A stretch of 64,000 bases of DNA. Origin: Tubiluchus corallicola (Eukaryota > Animalia > Priapulida). The notes under the pieces are model-generated. The model was not told the DNA's origin. It saw only the letters and a program-made list of their open reading frames with translations, and made no database searches. This document shows, piece after piece, positions 13,801 through 28,328 of the stretch. The DNA is taken from positions 62,001 through 126,000 of the forward strand of contig JAQGDQ010000036.1 in the NCBI GenBank assembly GCA_030141605.1, in the 5' to 3' direction. Made by a program: the position numbers and the translations under genes. The first letter of the stretch is position 1. Each line of letters opens with the position of its first letter.

Positions 13801-15220
13801 GCTTAGTAACCATTTTGAACTTCATTTCTTAACAATCTTACCTGTTTGCCTTGCTTATTAATTGCATTGCCCAGTAATCATGTCAAATGCATTGTTTACA
13901 GGAATTTCACCCAAGCGCATTGCTTATTAATTTTGATTCCTAATTCTCGCACATTACTTATCAATCTAATACTTTTAATTTTCCATGTCTATTTATTTTT
14001 TATTTATTTATATAATACATTGTTCTCTAAACAACTCTTGAATGAATTGCAATAAATGATGTATCAAACAAATCGCTCCTTCATCGAATAGGGTGTTTGT
14101 TTTTCAATGCAGAACATCCGGGAGAACCTTGAGCCAAAAAACCCTAAATTGGTTGCCTTTTTGCCCATTTTTTCCAAAAATTATAAAACTGAGATCTGAA
14201 GAACGGGACTGCAAGAACCAGGGTGCTGTATATCATTGGAAAGAGCTTTCAATGTGATAAGTGTTTTCTGGGTTACACCTACTCAAATTTTCAGAAAAAA
14301 TGTGCAAAAAACAACCACTAGAAAAAATCGATTTTTGAAACTGTTTGCGTGACTCCGAAAAAATACGTGGAGTGTTGTTTCATTTAGTGAAATGGCTACT
14401 TAACTAAATGAGGAAAAGTGTATTTTTAGAGGTCAGTTTCAACATCCCTATAACTGCTATTAGAACAGTTGTTGCCTTTATTTTTCAGGAATGTGAGACT
14501 GGGCTTTATCATCACCCATCAATTTGTTGCTGTCAATATCGTTCTGTTAATCTATTCATAGCCACAGGGACATTAAGGAAAAACTATTTAAATTGTTGAT
14601 TGTCTGCATAAACTTGTGGGGTTTGACTAGTCATCTGTAATTTTATAATGACTTTTACATGCATGTCACTGTATTTATGGTCTAAGAATATTATTTAACT
14701 CCTTTCACAGGGTCTTGTGTCCATTAGCACTGATGTTCAAATATTAGCAGCCAAAGCCAGAGAAAGCAAATTGCAACCACATGAATTTCAGGGAGGAACT
14801 TTTACTATTTCAAATCTGGGCATGTTTGGAATTAAAAATTTTGCTGCAGTTATTAATCCACCACAGGTAAGCATTTGTACACCTACTACATCCTGGTTTT
14901 TAAGTCCAGATGTTGTTAAAATAAAGTTTATGTAAAAGTGTCATGCGCATATACAAACAACGAATACATATAAAGTTCTGTATATTTCTCGATTGCTTCA
15001 GTTGTCTTCTTATGTTTGTTTATAGGTGTGTATTTTGGCAGTTGGAAGAACAGAAGAAAGAGCAATTCCAGATGAAAAGTGTGAAAAAGGATATCGTATT
15101 GCTCAAGTAATGAGTGTTACCCTAAGCTGTGATCATCGAGTTGTAGACGGTGCAGTGGGTGCTCAGTGGTTAGCTGAATTCCGTAAATTTTTGGAGAAGC
15201 CCCAGATGATGTTATTATAA
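7874..15220 (+). CDS. DLAT: Dihydrolipoamide acetyltransferase (pyruvate dehydrogenase E2), mitochondrial, ~522 aa, one lipoyl domain
   Basis: Ten GT-AG, phase-consistent exons: 7874-8025, 9847-9914, 10831-11060, 12042-12365, 12678-12812, 12904-12989, 13244-13384, 13537-13618, 14711-14866, 15026-15220. Arg/Ser-rich presequence; LPALSPTM and ETDKA (lipoyl Lys at 10971-10973); Pro/Ala linker; FASPLAK binding domain; [19 protein letters not shown] and DHRVVDGA catalytic motifs. The first two exons are less certain than the rest. Confidence 0.97.
8200..8700 (-). mobile_element. CR1/L2-clade LINE 3' fragment (degenerate C-terminus of ORF2) in DLAT intron 1
   Basis: [20 protein letters not shown] in ORF 8450-8698, followed by frameshifted RGHS..K, RKYFF, WNELP and FKNKLD motifs typical of the CR1/L2 ORF2 end. 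Confidence 0.85.
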
Positions 15221-15639
15221 ATTCTAAGAACTCTCTCTTCAATGAAGTGTAAGGTGTAATAGTTCCATTGTTCCTTATTGTAGTTCAGATAGTTACAAAA
15301 ATGTAAAACTTAATTCATACAAAAGGATAAGACTGGCTTAATCATACAGGCAATTGAAATCTCGATGTACTATATATTATACTATGTCTGTAGTTAAATA
15401 ATATGGGGAAATTTTGCATTTTTAAATGCACTGATTGCCTCATTATAATGCCATACCTTTGTGTTGCCTCTAAAACAGATTTTACAAATTTTATTCTTAA
15501 GAAGTTGATCATATTGACATAACAAGTTGATCATATGAAATTATGAGAAAGTACTATAGATTTGAATTTACAAATTACTGATTCATAATCTCTGGGGATT
15601 ACAAATCTCAAGTTTTAGAAATCAAAAATTGAGTCGTTG

Positions 15640-15814
15640 CAAATACACTGGTGTAACTATACTGAGTTGCTTTACAGTAGCATTTTTCTTTGGTAAGATT
15701 TTGTTGCTGTACCAGTTTTACTTGATGCAAATGCACTGCTGTGAGTAAACTGAGTTGCTTTGCAGTAGCATTTTTTTAGTAAGATTTTGTTACCGTACCA
15801 GTGTTACTTGATGC
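15640..15814 (+). repeat. Degenerate ~88-bp tandem duplication downstream of the DLAT stop
   Basis: Two copies of aaat(a/g)cactg..actgagttgcttt(a/g)cagtagcattttt..gtaagattttgtt..gtaccagt(t/g)ttacttgatgc at ~15640-15728 and ~15729-15814. Confidence 0.85.
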
Positions 15815-18203
15815 TCAATATAAGTATGGTATTTTAATTTTTTATGTAAATTGTTAAGAGGTCTGAATGTATTAATTATTATTAGTGTAAACAAGAGATC
15901 TTGTTCTTGTAATTGTTTCTTGCGTAGAAACCAAATTCAAAATTGGCACTATTCTTTATTCATCATTCATTCATTCATTCATGAGGCAATTCTACACGAT
16001 ATTTTATGCATTCATTCGTGAGGCAATACTACACGATATTTTTTTAAATCAGCTTACAACAGATACCCGAATTGGTTGCGTGATTCAAAATGTACTCCCT
16101 TTTTTCATACCATCAGTTTTTGTCATAACATGAATGACATGTATTGACATTTAAAAATTGTTACAATATTAAAGCTTGAGTTTATCGTTGTATATGTGTG
16201 ATAAGAGCTTTGCAAAGTAATGTAATGAAAACTTCATTAGATCAAGTCAGATTAAATGCAGTGCTTATGCATGTCATTTAGTCGTAGTGTATATAGAAAT
16301 TAACACTATATGTTAATTAGTAACTAATGTTTGGACGTGTACAAAATAATATTTATTGGCACTAAAGATGACAAAAAGACTTCCATGATTCTTGGTATTC
16401 TGTATTGATGATAGCAGCTGATAGATTTTAACTTGCTAGCATGTACAAGAACTGTGCACATTTCGGGGTATTTATTGTAATATAGTTTTTCTGTCTGTGT
16501 TATTGCTAATAACATTGTTTATTATTTAAAGTAATTGTATGCATTAATTTTTAACTCTTTTTGGTGTTCCGTTTAATTTGGAAACTAACTTAATGTATTT
16601 ATTAATTATTATTAAGGATCTTTATATACAAAGTACAAAGCCGAATGGATATTCTAAGTGTTGGTGGACAAAAATATATTTTGTAAAACATGTGGTGAAA
16701 TTCACAGTTAAGTTACCAAAATTGCTGAAGCAAGTTTGCAAGTTGAATACATACTCTATATACATCACTGTATTGACCTTGCTAGTGGATGCAGCCAGTG
16801 AGTAAGCAGTGTACCACTGATGACTTACACACGTTGACAGCAACTAATTTTCAACTGATTACATACAGCCACACACTTTTAGCAGCAGCAGCACTTCTGT
16901 AATAATCTTTGACCATTTAAGATTTCTTTTGTATCTAGTATGCAATAGTGACTCGCTTTACAATAAATTTAGATTTCTATATCATGCGTAATCCTACACT
17001 AATCCCGTAAAACAGTAAATCCTAACATACATTAGCTTAGAAAACTTAAACGCATATACAGACTGCAGCAGTTATTACAGTAAGCACCTTTTCAACATCA
17101 CCTGGTAACCATTAAACTGTCAGGCCCATATATATCACAGCTATGCCCTCCTGTAAACTTATAACCTGCAACCAAGCATATCAGCAAATGGCTGACTGTA
17201 CACAATATTAATTAGCTTAACTAGTTTAATCAAATAAACACTAGTATAATTTAGCAAAGCCCACAATAGCAATTGTATAAAATCACTGAAAGACACAGCA
17301 CGGCATTTGAAACAATTTACATGACATTTACACAACATTTGAAACACAGTGCCAGTTATACACTATACGGCTGATTATAAATGAATATGAATGACAAAAT
17401 AATAAGCAGTAGAAATTAGAGAATAAAAATCAATTGCTTCATAAAATTTATAACTTAAATTTAGAATGGAAACTATAAAATTACACCAGACAAACAATAA
17501 ATCTAAAACTTAACTAGCTACATATATATTGCACCTAAAAAGTAACTGGGTAAGGAAAACTTGTTATCTTTTTCATTAAATTTAAAAAATAGAAGATGAG
17601 CAACACCTTGGTGACAATCAGCCCAACCATTATAACACAAATATGCACAATGAAATAACAAATTAAACAAAGAAACCACACTTAATAATTAACATGCAGC
17701 TAAAGAAGGCCGTAGTTAAGTATAGTTTTTATGCATCCTTTTAAGATTAATTTCTACCAGCTAGCAGTCACATATGAAAGTTGAAAAGTAATTCACATAG
17801 TTGTAGACACTTCAAACACGTGAAAGTATAGCCTTTAACAATTAACAGTTTTTATAAAACACGAGTCAAGCAATCCTTTAAAGACACTAAGTTTATATTT
17901 ATTAACACCAACGTGTGCAAGAGTTCAATCTTTCACTTCCATTGTTTTGCTGGCTAATGTTAAACAAACTTCATGTTAAAAAAAACTCGTGTCAGTAAAT
18001 CCATGTAACTGCTTTTAAGTAATTTTTTGCCACATATTTTCACTATGTCAAGTATTAAGCACTAAAGAATGCTAAAATAGTATGTAGTGCTCAGCACACT
18101 GCTAACAACCAACAGCGATTCACACGAAAAACTACATACCGGATATCACAAAGTAACTAATAATATATATATATACATAATTAACTAAAAATTAGACTAA
18201 AAA

Positions 18204-21200
18204 TTAATCTAAGACAACACTTATTCGTGGAGGATCATCTTTCATGGTGACAGCACTCTCTGTTCTTCGTAGAGGTTTCTGAGGTGCCTCTGTAAATCTC
18301 AGTTCTGGTAGAGTGTCCTCTTCTGCTGTTAGTGGTTGATCTGCTAGTGAACAAGCACTTAAGACCAATCGATTAAATTCATCTGGACGTTCTGAATAAA
18401 CATGGTGACCAGAGCCTCGAATAACCTATAAACAAAAAGTGTAATGCAAAAATTTCACCAGTTTGCTACCCGATTTTAGACAAAACAAAATATTGCGATG
18501 AACAAATTTTTCGGCGTATCAAACCCTTTTACAAGTTTTGCCTTTGTTACTTAGCTTGAGCTCCAAGAGCAAAGAACAGTAATTCTTTTTTCTGAGTGTT
18601 AGATGTCAAAACCTGTTTAATTATCTTTTTGAATCTCTTGACTGAATCTCATATAGCTATTTAATTCCTTCTTTCATTATTTATTCTCTATAATCATATT
18701 TCAATTAATAACTCATTAATCTTGCAAACTAGGGTCATGAAACTCACAGTAGGTAGCTCTGGATCGGAAAAGGTCAATAGTGTGGCAACTTCTGACCTCT
18801 GGCGAAGGGGTCAGGGACAGCAGGCACCGTTCCGCTTTTCCGTTACTCCACTTTTCCTCATAGGGCTTCTACTTTTTTCATTTTCTTCACAAGTAATTAG
18901 GTATCATCAAGTGCCTGGGGTTTTAAAAAAACTGAGACTCTTTAATGGCCCAAAATAGGAGCTAAAAGGTTAAAATTAGATCAACCATCTTTCAGTTTGT
19001 TTCAAATTTTTTTCACAAGCATTTAGGTATTATGGGATAAATGTGCATCCGGGCTTTTATAAAGCTGGGATTCCTCAAGGGCCCGAGATAGGGGCCAAAA
19101 CCAAAAAATGGGGTCTTGTTAATAACTTCATAAAATCACGAAACTTGCAGGCTAGACTCCTGAGCTAGGTGCTCAGAGAATACCATAGGAAAGATGAGCT
19201 CTTTGTCAAAGGTCATGTGACAGGAGTCAAAATATGAAAAATAGGGTAAATGACTTAGTCACTCAACTCCTCTTACAGTACTGGACTAGTTAGTCTATGT
19301 TTTGCATGTATGGGTAGCCAAGAAAGGGTAGGTGTGCACTAGGTACCTATCAGAAAGTGGGCATGACCGGGCCATGTGAATGGCAAAAGCGTTAAAAGAG
19401 GATTTTGTCAATAACTCAAAAAGTAAACAAGCTGGAGTCATGAAACTAGTAGGGCTCATGCCTGGGGCACGGCTCAGACAATGGACTAGTGAATGTTAAG
19501 AATACCTTGGGTTAAAGAATTGCTCTATGTTCTCCTACAATTTTTGAGCTAGACCTACAATTTGTGATATGTGACTAGATTGGTTCAGGTTCTTATGCAT
19601 GGCTGATATTAGCAATTTGGAAAGTGAACATTTTTTCACTAGCAACCAAAACTGAAAATAGGTGGGTTGGCACAGATGTTCTACCAATCTTAATGAATAG
19701 TGGCTGGCACATCAAATGAAAGATCCCAATGAGATGAAATGAATGGTATAGGTTGGCAGGTTATTGGTTGACTTTGCTTCTGACACAAGGTCATTTCACT
19801 GAAAAGTTAAAAGTTGCAATTTCATTGTTAAGTGCAGTTTCCGCTGTGTGAATTAAATAAAATCAAAATACTTTCAAGCAAAAGGTTGATGTACTTGCAA
19901 GGCCTAATTCTATAACAAATGTTTGCAAAATCTTGACTATGTTAGAAACAATGTTAACTAGTTTCAAATTTTTTAACTCCAAAAGTATTCGTCGAGTTGA
20001 GTTGAAATTTAGCAGGTAGATGTCCCTGGCAGTTGATATCAAACAGATGTCTTTGGATGGAAATGTTTAATTAATGAATTATAATTTTTTTTCGACTACA
20101 AAAAGTATTTATCCAGTTGAGGTTTAAAACAAAAAAAATTCATGGCAATTCATTAATTACCTAATTAAATTGACATCAAAAGCATTTAAGCAAATGAGTT
20201 AAAATAAGGTAAGATTATTAGCCGAGATGTCCTTTAATTCAAAACAAAAAATTGTAGGAATTTAGTAATTCACTGGTTAATTGCAGCTGTTTAGTTAATT
20301 GGTTTTTTAAATTGAATTCAAATGTATTTATCCAGTTAAGTTGAAAGTTGGTAGAATGATTAGCAAGGTTGTCCTTGGTTCAAAACAAAAAATTAGTTGC
20401 AATCCTTTTGTTAATTAGTTTTTTTAATTAGAGCTCTTTAATTAATTAATTGTTAATGGAAGATCACGAAAAGCAGAAGTGTATGACAATCATACACTTG
20501 ATGGCCTCAAACTAGTTCTAGTGCGTTTTAGTCTGCAATTGCGTAATATATTTATTTATGTAGACATGTTTCCGACAGTACACAACATTAGCACTGTATT
20601 CTTGCAAACCTTGACACTCATGTTATAAATCTTTAGATTTTTAATAGAAATAATCAATCAAAGTAATACCAAGGGCTCTTGATGCATAAAATAAAAAATT
20701 AACTTATTATTATTAACAGTTCATATTAGAAGGAATAACTTTTAAATATGAAATATAACCTTCAATAAACTAATAAAATCAGTTATCATATATAATAATT
20801 AACTAATAAAACTATTTATAATGCAAAAACCTAGTATTTCTTATACCATCCAATAGACATTAAGCGGAAATTATAACATTTTTGATAGGTAATGCAGGAT
20901 GCAGTCACAAACAAGCCTTGAGAAACTGGCACAACCAAACAAATATAATGATTTTCCAAATTTCATTTAGTTCTTGTAAACTAAACAGCAAAATTTGAGA
21001 ACATAGCAAGGAGTTCTGTTCTTACATGTACATCCACGTGTGAAGTGTTTCGTATACATTTTACTTGAAAACCCGTGTCACTGCTAATCCATGAGCGTGA
21101 ACCATATAGCATAGTTATCGGTATATTTTCATCTAAGTTAGTTATTCTTGTTACCATTGGGTTCTTCGCCCATCCTACAGATTGCGTCATGCAGCGAAAA

Positions 21201-24200
21201 GCTGTCTCTCCGCTGCAAGAAAATAAAAGCATCTTGAGTACACATGTAAAGTCTTACTCATTTTACTGGTGCAATAATTAAATACAACTTGCTGAAAAAG
21301 CATCTGGTAGTACCCTATAATTTTCACCTTGCATTCAAGTGAAAAAGTTCAACACATTTGGCAAAAATAACCAGCTAAAGTATAAGACTTCGAAAGTTCG
21401 GTTATGAAAACTAGCAATAATTCTATCTTGTTCAATTTCACCTCTAAGTAATACCACGCTTTCACATAATAGAAACAGAAACAAAATTACTATGACAACT
21501 TATTTTCATATATGCTGCAAGTAAACTGTTTCATTAGAAACAATAATCAATGAAACAATGATCAAACATTATTTATACACTTGTTCTTGCCAAAATCATT
21601 TGACCGACTTCTTAAAAAACATCAAACAATAAACAAGAAATGTAAACATAAACACAATCTTTACTACACTTTATTGTTGTTATAAAATCGCTTAAGACGA
21701 GTTATCAGAAGCTTATATACAAAAAAATAGCATTTACTTGAAGACTAACCTGGGTCTTTGTGCATTGCAGTGATATATGTAGTCATACACAGCTTCCTCA
21801 TCCATCTCCTTGAAACGATGCTTAAAATCTGGTCTAAATTTTTGTACCAAATTTGGTCCTATTTTGATAAAACACACACAGTTTCATATCTTAAGACACA
21901 AATACAAAAAATCATAGTGTCATTACTATGCTCATACAAATATTACAATTACATGAAAGATTTCACATTTTCTTGAATTCTTGGCTTTTACTGAATTCAA
22001 CTTATAGAATATCACACTCGACTGTAGATATTTTATTCCTTGTGCGATGAAAAACAATAGCACTTCATTTTCTGCAGACTTAGAAATAAGCATTATTTAT
22101 GGCTAACACGAAATTAAATAGTTGCAATAGCATAAACTCATTGTAAACTAACAAGTAATCTTATTTTGTATAATTAAACTGTAACAACAATTAAATGATA
22201 TTCTCATCATTCACTAGTACACACTGGAACATAAATAAAAACATTCTGTTACAACACTTTACAGTCTAGCATACTCATACTGCAAGCCATTATTCAGCAG
22301 TTACCTAATTATTATGTTTAACAGCTAATGCAGAGCTGAACCTAGTCGTTATCAAGAGTAATCGTTTACATGGGTTACTGAACCAGCAAAGATATCTTAG
22401 CTATTCTCAAAAGTAGATACATCCATCTTCAACAAAAGAACTAGCCTGAAGCAGGCGAAATTGTCATGAAACAACTTTATTGGTGGTCGCCAATTCATTT
22501 GCCAACAAGGTTGAGTATGGCTTAATTTCGGTTAGTAAGCACATTGTGACAATTCAATTATACCCTTTGCCCTTGTCTATATCAGCAAGTACTAAATCGG
22601 TTACCATAACTCTACAACATATCCTAACTCTGGTACTTTAAGAGTGGTAAGTCATATCTTGTATTGCTTGAGATCCACTGCTGAATTTCATTAAGCAAGT
22701 GATTACTTATGCAGCAGTAACTAGTTCCACCCGTTAACTGGTTCCACCAGTAGTGCTTCACACTATGAGCTGTAAGACAAGAACCCGGGCTTACTCATCC
22801 ATGCAAGACGGCACCTCAGTGGTAAACTTTCTTTTATTAATGCCTGCAATTGAAGTCCTGACTGGTTTATAATTTACTAATTCCATAGCGTCTCCTTCCT
22901 TCAATAAATTAGCCAAAAAAGAAGTTTCACACCATCATGGATCATATAATTTTATGTGCTTTGGTTCATATTGATTTATACATTTTTTGTCCTAGGTATT
23001 GCAACAAAGCAAACATGGTAGAAAAGCAGTTAGTCAAAAGTATAGAAGAACAGAGACAAAATGGTATTAAATAACTTTATACTCCTGGGTCATGGTTTTG
23101 TGCTAATTATTGGGCTAATTATTGTTTTACTTCTTGCGCACTGCATTTCAATTATATTGAAAATTAAACAAATTATCATAAATATACAAAAACTGTTTTG
23201 CAGTTTGCTTTGAGTCTTACCCCAAGGTCCAGCAGCTCGTAAAACAGCAAGTGGATTGAACGGCTGTATCAAAAATACTACAGCTCGTATCCAGAAAGGT
23301 ACAGTAGTTGTGCTTCCAGTACCTGGTCGCTCAGCAAAGCCCCAAGGGTCAACTAAGATTAAATGCTTCACTTTTTCAGGATAGCTAAAAATGAAATGTA
23401 TGAAAAGATGAAAAAGAATAGTGTGGTATATAACAAACGAGACAATGAGAGGAACACCGAGACTTTCACTATAATTATCCTGCAGTAATATTATGCAAAC
23501 GGTTATTATGAACAAACAATCTTATGGCTAACTAGGCCATATCCTAAGATGCACAAATTTGAGGGCATGAGTTTTTAGTATAGTTTTAGAATTATATAAT
23601 ATTGTATTGTTTGCACAATTAATATATTAAACACACTATACCACAAGCAGTTGCACAGCTTGCATCAATATAACTACTATGCAAATGCATGACAATTACA
23701 TGTATTTAAGTCAACAGTGACGAGGTAGATACTAGGCAATAGTGCTACTAATACAGCACTAGCAATTGTAAAACAGGTCTAATATATAAAGAACCATAAT
23801 AGATATGGGTGGAACTGATCAGTGTCAGCCTAGGGAGTCGTAATATCTTAATACGCTTCTGTGATCAAATAAAGTATTTAAACTACGAAATATTGCTACA
23901 GCGAATTACAACTCTGACGAGATCAATTTTCAACAGCTTATAACAAAATCAAGTAAAATACCTCATTGCATATGCAGTTACAAGATAGCCACCTAAACTA
24001 TGACCCAGTAGTATAAATTTATTCAACCCCATTTCTTGTCTCCATTCTTCTATACTTTCGACAAACTGCTTTTCTGCCACGTGTGCTTTGTTGTGAAACC
24101 TAGGGAAGAAATGTACAGATTAATATGAACCTAATCACATAAAAATATGTGATCCAAGATGTTATAAAACTTCTGCTAAAGTCAAAGTTAATGTGTTACA

Positions 24201-25221
24201 ACTTAGGAAACATGAAAGACGTTAAGTTACAACAAGTCCAATATCACCACTCGTTAAACAAGCATACAATTATGGAATTCCAGACTTTCATTTTTAAGCA
24301 GTTGCCACACTGTAAGGCATCTAGCAGAATGGTCATGATGTGTGTTTAGTATACAAAGTTAAGCAATGCCAAAGTGGTTAGTAAATGGATAGGTAACCGC
24401 CATATTCAATATTTGCTCCGGGTTGTTTTATTTGCCATACTAATTCTGGAAGTTAAACCTCAGTTTAATGCAAAAGCTACATCACTGCTTGCTACATCTC
24501 AGTTCATTACACTTACACACAAAAAGCAACTGAAACAATGTAATTTGTCTACTTACTTAGGGCGAGAACTCCTTCCAAAGCCAAGTACATCAAATGCATA
24601 AACAGGTCGATCTTTGGCAAAAGCATCCAAGTTTTTTACCCATAATCCAATACCAGAACCAAAACCATGAACCATAACCAATGGTGATTTTTCTTTCTTT
24701 TGCTCGACTTTTGTACTTAGTGTCCTTATAGAATTGTTGCACGATATTTCTACAAATCGGTCTTCATATGGAGACTTCAAATCTAAAAAAGTTATTTTGA
24801 ACATTGTATGATTAAAAATCAGTAACTGTCCATAAACACAATGTCCATAAACACAATGTAAATAAATTAGTAGCAAAAGCCAGTTTGCTTAACTATCTGC
24901 CATCAGTCTAAAACAGAATATGCATAACTATATAAATCAAAATAATAAACAAATAGAATAGCTAAGTCAGGCCTTTTGTTACCTTTTCTAATTGTTTTGA
25001 GTATGTGTGTTCCAAGATAAAAGAAATAGAAAAGATGTTTGTATGAATTTTTTGCGCATAAGCCGTGTTTGTCAGAGCAAGTGTCTAATCAGTTTTTGAA
25101 GTACAATGAAACAAGCAAATTATACAAACGTTTCAGAATCTTAGCCTCAGCTTCTCGTAAGGCTTGTAAAGATGTCGGACACCAAGTTAGCCAGTTCGCC
25201 ATCCAGGAAATCCAACTGCGT
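18204..25221 (-). CDS. ABHD4: Alpha/beta hydrolase of the ABHD4/ABHD5 (CGI-58) family, Ser-nucleophile (ABHD4-like) type; first coding exon not located
   Basis: Phase-consistent exons in transcript order: 25221-25130, 24782-24557, 24099-23962, 23384-23221, 21858-21750, 21212-21026, 18425-18204 (TAA). Motifs [68 protein letters not shown]. Likely co-ortholog of vertebrate ABHD4 and ABHD5. Confidence 0.93.
18536..20517 (+). mobile_element. Helitron/Helentron-like non-autonomous element filling most of the last ABHD4 intron
   Basis: Perfect 10-bp hairpin aagtgtatga-caa-tcatacactt (20477-20499), 12 nt before CTAG|T (20512-20516), matches the Helitron 3' signature. Interior has repeated aaaggtca and tgaaact motifs. 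5' boundary approximate. Confidence 0.5.
22921..23098 (+). repeat. Inverted, degenerate duplicate of the ABHD4 intron end plus catalytic exon (mirror of 23995-24173)
   Basis: Hand alignment gives ~32 differences in 180 columns, e.g. gaaaagcagttagtcaaaagtatagaagaa versus exon gaaaagcagtttgtcgaaagtatagaagaa. The copy has a 2-nt deletion, so it is not coding. Confidence 0.93.
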
Positions 25222-25713
25222 CTAAACAGACAATAATCTTAGATATTGTATTCGGTCAGCAACAAAATTAATTTCAAAATTAATTCTCTTCTTGTTCATA
25301 TAAAAATGCAACCTGTCTACAAAAGAATACAAATCTGTAAATGACCTAGTTAATGAATGCTCGATAGTATCAACTTTAATAGATGCACAATATACACCAC
25401 TTAAGGTTCTATATCTTCTCTTGTTCAGTCATAAATCTGAATAAATCTGTCTAACTTTTTCAGGTCTTCCAAAAAATTTTCTACAAACTCTCCAGTTGCT
25501 TCTCTTACTGATAAATGTGGCAATTAGCAGGATTAGAGAATCCATAACAGCATGGCTGCTTTGCTCATTATACCCAATCCTGTGACTTTTTCTTCAAATT
25601 ATCAACAAATTAACATTACATAACACAAAGAACATGATGCATGATTCCATTCAATAAAACTTCAGTATGTATTGCTACGATGTGTGAAAGTTCATTAGGA
25701 AAGAAATTAAGAG

Positions 25714-27959
<2,246 letters not shown>

Positions 27960-28328
27960 GTTAAGAGACACTTACATTACAAGGTGAATGGAAAATCCTG
28001 TTTAAAAAATTATTTTCAATTTTTCATGTTCCTTGTACACTGCAAGTAATTTATTGTGACTTTAAAAAGTATTTTTACCGTGTATTTGCAACTTGAGCAG
28101 CTTCACTGGCTGTACTTATAGACATTCTTTGGCACAAAGTAATTAATATTTATTCATCCATAAGCTGTAAGGAAAACATGATTCATGAAAATATGCAAAT
28201 AACAGATGAAAATTTATAACAAATAAGTGTAAAATAAAACGACAACATCATTTTGCTAGTATACTGGTACATGAATAACACTTAAAGTGTCATCATAATT
28301 TTAACTCCAGTTTATAGATTTTGCAGTA

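Noticed and set aside
22996-23098. Inverted ABHD4 exon copy as a mutually exclusive exon or second gene
   Set aside because: It is on the wrong strand for the host gene, has a 2-nt deletion causing a frameshift, is truncated before the donor, and no partner exons are visible on the plus strand.
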